From: Chlamydiales bacterium
Lineage (GTDB): Bacteria > Chlamydiota > Chlamydiia > Chlamydiales > SM23-39
Direction: 5' to 3'
DNA length: 32,000 bases
Assembly: GCA_965261025.1 (NCBI GenBank)
Contig: OZ253438.1
Location: 300,001 to 332,000 of the forward strand
The translations under genes and the position numbers were made by a program. Positions 8,816 to 17,061 of the stretch are shown piece after piece. Each line of letters begins with the position of its first letter. Positions within the stretch are counted from its first letter, which is position 1. The notes beneath the pieces are model-generated. The model searched no databases. It saw only the letters and a program-made list of their open reading frames with translations, and was not told the origin of the DNA.

Positions 8816-10207
8816 TTGCCCTTTTTGCTTTCTTTATTTCGAGATTTTTCTCAGACTAGAACTCTTAGCGCATGGGCTGCTCAGGCTGCTTTATTTCTAC
8901 AAGGTAAACCTTTAGATAAGGCCTTTTTTGTAAAAGAGCTTCGGAGTTTTTCTTTTTCTCCCCACCCTGTTAAGCAGCAGGAGATCTTAGAATCTCTTTT
9001 TCTAACACTCTCCTTCTTTGAAGAGAAGATTTTTGCAGTGCAAAGCTTTTTTTTTCCTTTTTATGAAAAAATAACAGAGGAGGCTGTTTCTAAAGAGATT
9101 TCTTCTATTTTCTACTTAGAGAAGCTCTGTGGTAAATTTTTTGAAAAAAAGAGGGATTTTTCTCCTTGTAAAGAAAAGCAGAGCTGGGAGCTTTTTTCTT
9201 TTTTCCATCCTCATTTTTCCATAAAAGGTATCTTGTATAAGAGCCTATGGGCCTTTTTTTGTGGGAAAGGATATGAGGTTATAGAAGAAGAAATTCGAGT
9301 ATATGAAGGGCTTTTAGATTATTATGAAAGGCCTTTTACTTCTCTTTGGTCTTATGAAGAAAACTATGACATTTTTTCGGTATATTTAAGCTATTATCTC
9401 CTTTTTTTTTGCGTAGGGACTCTTTTTAAGAAGGAGAAGTTTTTGCAAAGAATAGAGCCTTGGAAAGCTTTTTTACAGGGAGCTAAGGAATATTTTTCTA
9501 AAAAAGAATGGATTTTAGCGCTTCTTATAGAAACCTGGGTAGTAAAACAAGGAGTTTCTTCTCCTTCTTTTTTAGAAAAAGCGACTTTTTCTTCTTCTGT
9601 CTTTTTCCCACAAAAAGGATTTTTAGGGCGTAGATTTGCCCATGTAAGTTATCTTTTCACATTGGGTGCAAATACCAGTTCCCTAGGAGCTTTTCAGGGA
9701 AAAGAAATAAAGATAGCCTCCTTTGGTTTTCAAAAAGATCTCAATGATTTTTCCAGGGGTTTAGGATTTTTAAAAAGGGTATCTCTTTTAGAAGAGGATT
9801 TTGCAGTACAATCTCATACAAACAGTCTTTCTTTATCAGGTTGGACAGCCCTTCAGGAAAGTAATAGATGGTTAAAAATGCAATTACAAGCCTTAAGGGA
9901 AAAGGTAGATTTTACCTTTTTTTTTCTCGAAAAGGAGCCTTTATATCTTCTTTTTTATGTAGAAGCAGATAGAGCCTTATTAGGAAATAGCTCTATTTAT
10001 CCTAATTCTTTACAAAAACAAAAAGAGACTGTAGAAAAAGTCACTTTTGAAAAAAAGGAAGAAAAGTGGAGTCTTATTTGTAAACAACGAAGTCAGGTAG
10101 AAGTAATCCCTCTTTGTGGAGAAAAAAATTTTTGGGGAAGTTCCTTTTTAGTAGCCTGTCCTCTGTTAAGTCAAAAAGATAACCTATTTTCTATGGAATT
10201 TCTCTAG
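8816..10207 (+). CDS. Conserved-position hypothetical protein (463 aa), Phe-rich
   Basis: Long ORF beginning at a TTG 5 nt after the IHF/HU stop. No motif recognised. It occupies the slot of the uncharacterised gene that, as I recall, sits between the IHF-like gene and accA in Chlamydia. Confidence 0.6.
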   Translation: MPFLLSLFRDFSQTRTLSAWAAQAALFLQGKPLDKAFFVKELRSFSFSPHPVKQQEILESLFLTLSFFEEKIFAVQSFFFPFYEKITEEAVSKEISSIFYLEKLCGKFFEKKRDFSPCKEKQSWELFSFFHPHFSIKGILYKSLWAFFCGKGYEVIEEEIRVYEGLLDYYERPFTSLWSYEENYDIFSVYLSYYLLFFCVGTLFKKEKFLQRIEPWKAFLQGAKEYFSKKEWILALLIETWVVKQGVSSPSFLEKATFSSSVFFPQKGFLGRRFAHVSYLFTLGANTSSLGAFQGKEIKIASFGFQKDLNDFSRGLGFLKRVSLLEEDFAVQSHTNSLSLSGWTALQESNRWLKMQLQALREKVDFTFFFLEKEPLYLLFYVEADRALLGNSSIYPNSLQKQKETVEKVTFEKKEEKWSLICKQRSQVEVIPLCGEKNFWGSSFLVACPLLSQKDNLFSMEFL

Positions 10208-10320
10208 CCTTTCCAAGGCAGGAGCGCTGAAGAGATAGTCACACAAAACCGATAAACCTAAGAAGCTATTTCTTTGTCTCAAGAAGAGCGTATTGGGACT
10301 TACGCCAAGCAGATTTTACA

Positions 10321-10836
10321 CTAGCTCTTTTTCTCTAGGGCGTTTGTTAGCTCTTCAAACCTGTCTTGCTGAAGTGGTAGAAGATAATTGTATATAGTCT
10401 CACCATTACAAGGTCGATAAAAAGCGCAGCAGACAAAAGGATCGCTATAAAGCTGGTTGAGACGATACCTGCTGGCAGGAGGAGGTGCTGGCTGATAGTT
10501 ACAGGGAGGAACACAGATGGTTTGAGTACAATAAGTCCTATCCTGTTCATCATGTAAACAGTCGAAGCAGTCTGCTTTTGAGGAGTAGAGCACACCACAC
10601 ATAATGGGATTATAGAATGCTACCCAATGAAGTGGGCACGTAACTAAGGAGCACATCTTTGCAGCAAGACACCGCTGCTTTGCTTTTTTTATGAGTTCAT
10701 CACGTTCAGCTGAAAGGTTGTCTGATGTCATTTGCTGAACTTGAGGAGGAGCTCCCCCTAATAAAGAAGCTGTTTCTTGATGCCTTTCCCGAATGGGGGG
10801 ACGACTGTCAGGAATTGTTAAACCACATACAAACAT
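10321..10836 (-). CDS. Cysteine/proline-rich orphan protein (171 aa)
   Basis: 171 aa with 13 Cys (CX5C, CX4C, CX2C, CX4C, CX3C and CC spacings) and a PAPPPA tract. No signal peptide. The gene sits in a block of clearly higher G+C than its flanks. Confidence 0.6.
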   Translation of the reverse strand: MFVCGLTIPDSRPPIRERHQETASLLGGAPPQVQQMTSDNLSAERDELIKKAKQRCLAAKMCSLVTCPLHWVAFYNPIMCGVLYSSKADCFDCLHDEQDRTYCTQTICVPPCNYQPAPPPASRYRLNQLYSDPFVCCAFYRPCNGETIYNYLLPLQQDRFEELTNALEKKS

Positions 10837-11032
10837 ATCTCATTTTCCTTGTAAGGCTTTCATGAAAGATAAGGAAGGCATTCTATCATTGACTACTAAT
10901 TTCATACAAAGGAGAATTTTCTTTTGTATAGAGAGAGAAAAAACATCCCAATAGGGGCTTTTTTTGATTAGCCTTTTCTTTATGTCTTGTACAGGGTCGT
11001 TTTAGCTATTAAAAAAGACAAAAAGAACAGCA

Positions 11033-11740
11033 TTAACTTTGTTTTTTTTGGAAGGTATTTACATACTGGCGAATTTTACACGCTGTTTTACATTGTACCT
11101 TAGAAAAGGCAATCTTGGTTATTACAAAAGAAAGAGAGGATAGAGTTAGCTTTTTACTAAGGGAAAGACGAAAAAAGTAGAGATGGTTCAGATTATTCAA
11201 AAACAGATCCACCACTTTTTGTAGCTTCTTCCTATGAGGCTCCCTACAGCAGAGAAGCAGTTTCTCGCAAGAGAGATCTAGAATTTCTCTACCAATCAAA
11301 AAAAGCAGGAGATAGTTCTGAAGAGAGATATAAGAAATAAGAGATATAGAATTAATGCTTTTCAAGAATGGATTAAGGGAAGACCCATTTTCTGAGAGAA
11401 ATGAATTTATCCAAATGGCAACAGGCAAGGTTATAGAAGAAGAATTAAGGGCATAAATACTGACACAAAGGGCAAGATTACAAAAAGCAATTGCAGCAAG
11501 CATAGCAATTACATTAGTGTAAGTCAGCTTCAAATTATCGGGAGAAAAAGCCCCATGACAGGCTTGTTGGACCCCCATAGTAACAAAGCTATCAAAACTC
11601 GTCGAAATCTGAAACTGATGTCTTAATTGGATAAAAAGTCCAGAAAGCTGATACCTAGCACCCAGGTGTAGAGCAGATAAACCCAGATCAAGGGTCGAAG
11701 GGCTCAAAAAGGGGGAAAACTCTAAATTAGGACCAGTCAT
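11033..11740 (-). CDS. Orphan multi-pass membrane protein (235 aa)
   Basis: Hydrophobic segments lie at about residues 77-98 and 103-115, separated by NSSS, with a third at about 133-152. There is no cleavable signal peptide and no recognisable domain. Confidence 0.55.
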   Translation of the reverse strand: MTGPNLEFSPFLSPSTLDLGLSALHLGARYQLSGLFIQLRHQFQISTSFDSFVTMGVQQACHGAFSPDNLKLTYTNVIAMLAAIAFCNLALCVSIYALNSSSITLPVAIWINSFLSENGSSLNPFLKSINSISLISYISLQNYLLLFLIGREILDLSCEKLLLCCREPHRKKLQKVVDLFLNNLNHLYFFRLSLSKKLTLSSLSFVITKIAFSKVQCKTACKIRQYVNTFQKKQS

Positions 11741-11747
11741 AGGATCT

Positions 11748-11930
11748 TTACCAATTTTTGGGACGCCATTTTATAATAAAAAGCTCTTTTTTTGCTATTT
11801 TTTTAATTTTTTCTTTATATCTATCTAAGACCTCTATTCCTTCAAAGCTGACTTCCTGATGGAGCCATCTTTTGAAGGAAGATTTGAAGGAAGAGTGTAT
11901 AGATTTTTTTTGATGAAGCAAGTTTTTCAT
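11748..11930 (-). CDS. Small basic hypothetical protein (60 aa), doubtful
   Basis: ORF ends 7 nt upstream of the 235-aa membrane ORF on the same strand. No convincing SD and no homology recognised. Confidence 0.3.
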   Translation of the reverse strand: MKNLLHQKKSIHSSFKSSFKRWLHQEVSFEGIEVLDRYKEKIKKIAKKELFIIKWRPKNW

Positions 11931-12029
11931 GATTTTTAACCAGTTTTGCTATATAATTTCCTCCTTGAGAGCGGGGAAAAAAACCCAGCTTGTCCTTTTT
12001 AAGAATTTTTTGCTAGATTTAGAAGGGAT

Positions 12030-13010
12030 GTGATTCAAACTTGTGGGGAGGGAGATTTGTCGCCACCTAAGATTATAGGGCTTGGAGCGTTAGCTGTTTT
12101 TGGATGTATTGGGATGCTTGCCCTGGGGAAAGGGAAAAAAGAGAAAGCCCTCTTACAGACTCCTACTATAGAGGAAATTGTGCTTTCTGAGGAAAAAGAG
12201 TTTAGCCTAGAGAATAAGAGAGATACTACGGAAAAACCCCAGGTTTTAGTGGATAGGATTGCCCGGCTTTTCGCTTTAGATTCTTCTAAGCTTCCTATTG
12301 TAGAAACAGTAGCTTACTCTAGTAGAGTGCCTTGGTTAAAAGATCGGTCTGCTTGGATAGCAGATTATGCTTCTTACTACGCAACCTCACGTCATTTTAT
12401 AGCAAGAGGCTTGAATAAAAAAGCGGACTATTTTTCGCAGAAAGTGAGCTTAGGGGATCGATTTAATGTGTTTTGCAAGGAAAAGGAGATCTCCTTTTAT
12501 CTAGTTATCGATATGACCTCTTCCAATATGGATTTTTATTACTACGATAAAGGGGAAGATAAAAGAGTTCTTTTAAAGACCTATCCAGTGGGACTTGGAA
12601 GAGTTGATAAAACAAGAACTTCAGGTTCTTTAACTCCTACGGGTCTGTATAAGTTGGGAGATAGGATTGCTGTGTATAAGCCGGGTACTTTGGGGTATTT
12701 CCAAGATCAAAAGATAGAAATGGTACGAGTTTTTGGAACCCGTTGGATCCCTTTTGCAGAGGAAGTAGAAGACTGTTCCGAATCCTATAAAGGTTATGGA
12801 ATTCATGGGGCTCCTTGGAAAGAAGATGAGGGAGGGAATTTAATCGAAGATTCAGAGGTTGTAGGAAAATATGATAGTGATGGGTGTATCCGTTTGAAGC
12901 AAGGAGATATGGAAGAGTTGTTTTCCATAATTATTACAAAACCCTCTTATGTACTTATCGTCTCTGATAAAAGAGAAGCAAAACTTCCTGGAAAGCAGGT
13001 AGAGGAATAG
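12030..13010 (+). CDS. L,D-transpeptidase (YkuD/ErfK domain) with N-terminal membrane anchor
   Basis: The C-terminal catalytic signature is YGIHGAPW...SDGCIRLKQGDMEELF (His...Ser-x-Gly-Cys-[IV]-Arg). The N-terminal anchor is IIGLGALAVFGCIGMLALG. The start (GTG 12030 or TTG 12057) is uncertain. Confidence 0.85.
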   Translation: MIQTCGEGDLSPPKIIGLGALAVFGCIGMLALGKGKKEKALLQTPTIEEIVLSEEKEFSLENKRDTTEKPQVLVDRIARLFALDSSKLPIVETVAYSSRVPWLKDRSAWIADYASYYATSRHFIARGLNKKADYFSQKVSLGDRFNVFCKEKEISFYLVIDMTSSNMDFYYYDKGEDKRVLLKTYPVGLGRVDKTRTSGSLTPTGLYKLGDRIAVYKPGTLGYFQDQKIEMVRVFGTRWIPFAEEVEDCSESYKGYGIHGAPWKEDEGGNLIEDSEVVGKYDSDGCIRLKQGDMEELFSIIITKPSYVLIVSDKREAKLPGKQVEE

Positions 13011-13025
13011 GATAGGAGAGCTTAT

Positions 13026-14009
13026 ATGACTATTTTAACTCATGAAAAAGAGATTGCAGAATATGAAAAGACATTGAGTCAGGTACAAAAGCAAAAAGGG
13101 CTTTGGTCTGAAACAGAAATTAAGCAGCTACAGAAGAAGTTAGAGGTTTTGAAAAAAGAGATATATACCAATCTAAAACCCATGCAAAGAGTGCAGATTA
13201 GCCGGCATCCAAATCGCCCTCAATCAATGGATTATATAGAAAATCTTTGTGAGGAGTTTGAGCCTATTTATGGAGATCGTACCTTTGCTGATGACTCTTC
13301 CATTGTAATGGGTTTTGGAAAGATTCAGGAAAAAAAATTTTTTCTTATCGGACAGCAAAAGGGAAAAGATACAGAAAGTAGACTTCATCATAATTTCGGT
13401 ATGACTCATCCAGAGGGATATCGAAAGGCTTTAAGAGGGATGAGGCTTGCTGCAAAGTTTGGCCTCCCTGTTGTTACTTTTTTAGACACTCCTGGAGCTT
13501 ATGCTGGACTGGCTGCCGAGGAGAGGGGGCAAGGATGGGCTATAGCAAAAAATCTTTGGGAGATGTCGCAGATTCCAACACCTATCTTGGTAGTTTTAAT
13601 TGGAGAAGGATGCTCAGGAGGTGCTTTAGGAATTGGAGTAGGGGATCAAATAGCCATGTTAGAACATGCCTATTATTCGGTCATTTCTCCAGAAGGATGT
13701 GCTTCGATTCTTTGGAAGGATGCTCAAAAAAGTGATCTTGCAGCAACTGCTTTAAAAATGCAGGCAGAAAATCTTTTAAAGATGGGAATCATTGATGAGA
13801 TGATTCGGGAACCTTTAGGAGGAGCACATCATGATCCTGAAACAGTGTACCAAAATGTGAGAGAGTTCCTTCTACAAAAACTAGATAAGCTATCCCAATT
13901 TTCTCTTTCAGAACTTTTAGAAAAACGTTATGAAAAGTTTCGTAAAATTGGTACCTATAATACCATAGTGCCTGATGAAACTTCTTCTGAAAGCAGCCAT
14001 ACGCAATAG
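13026..14009 (+). CDS. accA: Acetyl-CoA carboxylase carboxyltransferase alpha subunit
   Basis: Motifs RHPNRPQSMDYI, FLDTPGAYAG, AEERGQGWAIAKNL and IGEGCSGGALG; 327 aa. Confidence 0.95.
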   Translation: MTILTHEKEIAEYEKTLSQVQKQKGLWSETEIKQLQKKLEVLKKEIYTNLKPMQRVQISRHPNRPQSMDYIENLCEEFEPIYGDRTFADDSSIVMGFGKIQEKKFFLIGQQKGKDTESRLHHNFGMTHPEGYRKALRGMRLAAKFGLPVVTFLDTPGAYAGLAAEERGQGWAIAKNLWEMSQIPTPILVVLIGEGCSGGALGIGVGDQIAMLEHAYYSVISPEGCASILWKDAQKSDLAATALKMQAENLLKMGIIDEMIREPLGGAHHDPETVYQNVREFLLQKLDKLSQFSLSELLEKRYEKFRKIGTYNTIVPDETSSESSHTQ

Positions 14010-15909
14010 TAAACATTTTGCTTTAGCTCTCCTTACTTTAGGGAGTCTTCTTCTTTTATCTACAGCAAATTATCTCGAGATGTTTTCTCTGGGGACCCTA
14101 GCCAATACGGGAGTGGATTTTTTTACTCTTTTTGGAAAACAGGAAGGGAAAAAATTAAGAGCAGTTCGAAAAGTTTCTTACGAAGATTTTATGAGAAGAT
14201 GGGAAGTTATAGAGAAAAAAAAACCAGGAGAAGTCAGCGCATCTGATGCGGTAAGCTACATAGCTAAAAGAAAGGAAAGCAATCCAATCAATTGGGTTTT
14301 TCGAAGGGTTACAGCGGACTTTGACGTAGAAAAAAATTTTTCTACTTTGATTATTCTTCTAGTTTTAGTCGCTCTTTTTAAAGCCTCTACCCTTTTTTTT
14401 TCCAGGTATGTTACCCAGCTTTTATCTATCCGTTTAACTAAAGATCTAAGACAACAGTATTTCGAGCATATTCAAGCTCTTCCCTTGCAGTTTTATCAAG
14501 AATATAATGTGGGAAGTTTAGCAGCTAGAGTAGTAGGAGATGCAGGGCAGATAGCTTCCTCCCTGAACTCTTTTTTAACAAACTATTTAAGTACTCCTTT
14601 TATTATTTTCTCTACCTTGGGAATGTGCTTTTATCTTTCTTGGCAGCTCTCTTCTATTATCTTTATTGGTCTTCCCCTTTTGATTTTTCCTGTTGTTTTT
14701 TTAACAAAGAAAGTAAAAAAAGTTTCGAGGCAACTGCAGAGGAACCAGGAGAGCTTTACCTCTGTTTTGCTCGATTTTCTCTCAGGTATTCAGACGGTAA
14801 AGATTTACGCTATGGAAGCTTTTTCTTTAAAAAAATACAAAGAACAAAATGAGAGAATGGCTCATTTACAAATCAAAAGCGCAAAATACGATCTTCTGAC
14901 CCGTCCTATTTTACACACTATTACGACAACTTGCCTTGCTTTTGTTGCCTTATTCGGTCTTTATACCCTCCACATGAGCCTTGCAGAATTGATTGTATTT
15001 TGTGGTCTTTTACACACTTTTTACGAGCCTGTAAAAAAATTTGCAGAAGAAAATGCAAATATCCAAAGAGGGGTAGTTGCTGCGGAAAGAATGTTTGAAG
15101 TATTGCAGATTCATCCGATTATAGAGGATAAAAGAGAAGCTATCCCTCTTATGGGCTTTGAAAAGGAAATTGTTTTTCACCAAGTCTCTTTTAAGTACAA
15201 AGATAAGTGGATTTTGAAAAACCTCAGTTTTACCGTAAAGAAAGGGGAAACAGTGGCTATTGTAGGTCCTACAGGGGCTGGTAAAACTACTATTGTACAA
15301 CTTCTACCCAGGCTATACGATGTACAAAAAGGAGATATTTGCATAGATGGAAAGTCAATAAAAGAGTACACCCAGCGCTCTTTAAGAGAGGTATTAGCCT
15401 ACGTACCCCAAAAACCTTTTCTTTTTTATGACACGGTATTTGAAAATATTGCCTTTGGTAGAGACTTTTCTGAAGAGCAAGTTGTTTTAGCAGCAAAAAA
15501 GGCCTATGCGGATGAATTTATTGTCCATTTAGAAAAAGGGTATCAAACCCTTTTAGCAGAAACCGGAAAGACTCTTTCTGGGGGGCAACAGCAAAGGCTT
15601 GCTATTGCCAGGGCCTTGGTAAAAAAATCTCCTATTTTGGTTATGGATGAGGCTACTTCTTCTTTGGATGCTCTTTCTGAAAATCGGATCAAGGAGGCCA
15701 TCAAAAATTTACATGGACATATTACCCAGATCGTAATAGCTCATCGTCTTTCTACTATTGAGTACGCAGACAGAATCATTTATCTACAAGAAGGAGAAAA
15801 AATAGCAGAAGGCTCTAAAGAACAGCTCTTAGCCAGTTGCCCACCCTTTCGTAGGATGTGGAATGCTTATCATCAACAAGAAGAAGAAAATATTCCTTTT
15901 TCTTGTTAG
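13975..15909 (+). CDS. msbA: ABC transporter, fused permease/ATPase, MsbA-like lipid A exporter
   Basis: Six-TM exporter domain followed by Walker A (GPTGAGKTT), ABC signature (LSGGQQQRLAIARAL) and Walker B (ILVMDEATS). The ATG overlaps the accA end by 35 nt. Confidence 0.88.
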   Translation: MKLLLKAAIRNSKHFALALLTLGSLLLLSTANYLEMFSLGTLANTGVDFFTLFGKQEGKKLRAVRKVSYEDFMRRWEVIEKKKPGEVSASDAVSYIAKRKESNPINWVFRRVTADFDVEKNFSTLIILLVLVALFKASTLFFSRYVTQLLSIRLTKDLRQQYFEHIQALPLQFYQEYNVGSLAARVVGDAGQIASSLNSFLTNYLSTPFIIFSTLGMCFYLSWQLSSIIFIGLPLLIFPVVFLTKKVKKVSRQLQRNQESFTSVLLDFLSGIQTVKIYAMEAFSLKKYKEQNERMAHLQIKSAKYDLLTRPILHTITTTCLAFVALFGLYTLHMSLAELIVFCGLLHTFYEPVKKFAEENANIQRGVVAAERMFEVLQIHPIIEDKREAIPLMGFEKEIVFHQVSFKYKDKWILKNLSFTVKKGETVAIVGPTGAGKTTIVQLLPRLYDVQKGDICIDGKSIKEYTQRSLREVLAYVPQKPFLFYDTVFENIAFGRDFSEEQVVLAAKKAYADEFIVHLEKGYQTLLAETGKTLSGGQQQRLAIARALVKKSPILVMDEATSSLDALSENRIKEAIKNLHGHITQIVIAHRLSTIEYADRIIYLQEGEKIAEGSKEQLLASCPPFRRMWNAYHQQEEENIPFSC

Positions 15910-15928
15910 AAAGAGTTCGTTTCGTTTT

Positions 15929-17056
15929 TTAAATAAAGGAAAGGGTGTCTGTTACAATTTTCTTTAGTTGAATAGAGAAATCAAAACCTTGTACAGATTC
16001 TCGGACAGAAAAGGCTCGTTTTCTTGTTTTTGGATAGCGCATGGCTTGTTGTAAAGCCTGCAAGATCGAGCTGGGTTCTTGTATCTCTTCTATAAGATAT
16101 CCGTTTTCAGGATTTAGGATTTCAGATCCTCCGTTATATAGGGAAGAAACTACGGGAACTCCCATAGAGAGAGCCTCTAGGGTAACATTGGCAAAGGGAT
16201 CATAAAAAGAAGGAATTACTAAAGCATCTGCTAGCTGATAATAAAAAAGAGGATCTCTTTGTTCCCCTAGAAAAAAAAGGTGCTTTTTTATACCTAATTT
16301 TTCCGCTTGTTTTTTAAAAAAGGAAAGCCTTTTTTCTTTTCCTAAAATCAGCAATTGCCACTCTTTCTCTGGTAAACAAGAAAGCGCTTGCATTAAAGGG
16401 AGAAGTCCTTTCCTATAAAAACCACTTCCTATGAACAGGAAGGTAAAAAGAGAGGGAAAAAGGGTCTGCTTTTTTTTTACCTCCTCCCAGGCTTGAAATC
16501 TTTGAGAAAATGCATGCCATTCTACTCCATTGTGGATTACTTGGATCTTGTTAGGATCGACTTGGTAATGGGCAAGAGCTTGTTTTTTTACAAGATAAGA
16601 ATTGGTATAAATCCTTTGTAATCTAGGATTTTCTAAAGCTTTCTTTTCCAGCTCTAAAATTCGTTGGTGAAGGGGGTTTTTCTGAAAACTCCATTTTTTG
16701 AAAGGATTTTCGTATTGGGAGCGGAGCTGTAGGTAAGCTTTATGAATCCCGTTACCAAGCCTTATATGAGTTTGAAAGCTATTTCTATCCAATCCAAAAA
16801 CAATTTCAGGCCTATTTTCACAAAGCCATCTCTGGACTTTTTTATCAAACCGTTTCATTCTCACGTACTGAGGAAAAAATCCTGAAGGGAAAAATACTTG
16901 ATGTAAAGCAGGGGAATTTGCGCTTTCTGTACAGAGAAGATAGGTTAAACATTTTTCTTCAGAAAAGGCTTCAATTAACTTTTGTGTGTACTTCTCAAGT
17001 CCCCCTTTCTTCCGAAGGTAGGTTTTTAAAAAAGCTATTCTTACAGAAGAAGGCAT
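15929..17056 (-). CDS. Glycosyltransferase, GT-B fold, family 4 (RfaG/WaaG-like)
   Basis: C-terminal EX7E-type region ALVIPSFYDPFANVTLEALSMGVPVVSS, typical of GT4 enzymes; 375 aa. It starts 5 nt after the ybbR-like gene stop. Confidence 0.8.
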   Translation of the reverse strand: MPSSVRIAFLKTYLRKKGGLEKYTQKLIEAFSEEKCLTYLLCTESANSPALHQVFFPSGFFPQYVRMKRFDKKVQRWLCENRPEIVFGLDRNSFQTHIRLGNGIHKAYLQLRSQYENPFKKWSFQKNPLHQRILELEKKALENPRLQRIYTNSYLVKKQALAHYQVDPNKIQVIHNGVEWHAFSQRFQAWEEVKKKQTLFPSLFTFLFIGSGFYRKGLLPLMQALSCLPEKEWQLLILGKEKRLSFFKKQAEKLGIKKHLFFLGEQRDPLFYYQLADALVIPSFYDPFANVTLEALSMGVPVVSSLYNGGSEILNPENGYLIEEIQEPSSILQALQQAMRYPKTRKRAFSVRESVQGFDFSIQLKKIVTDTLSFI

Positions 17057-17061
17057 GGATT

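Noticed and set aside
10347-10598. 83-aa ORF in an alternative frame inside the Cys-rich gene
   Set aside because: It is fully nested in the longer same-strand ORF, and there is no independent support.
10904-10929. 26-nt imperfect hairpin ATACAAAGGAG-AATT-TTCTTTTGTAT between the two minus-strand orphan genes
   Set aside because: It needs two G-U pairs, which only work on the plus-strand RNA. Both flanking genes are transcribed from the other strand, where these become A-C mismatches. No T-run follows, so it is not a credible terminator.
13224-15496. Short internal or antisense ORFs within accA and msbA (13224-13409, 13535-13735, 13789-14016, 14625-14852, 15010-15300, 15177-15371, 15290-15496)
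   Set aside because: All are nested in or antisense to strongly supported conserved genes, and none has a recognisable product.
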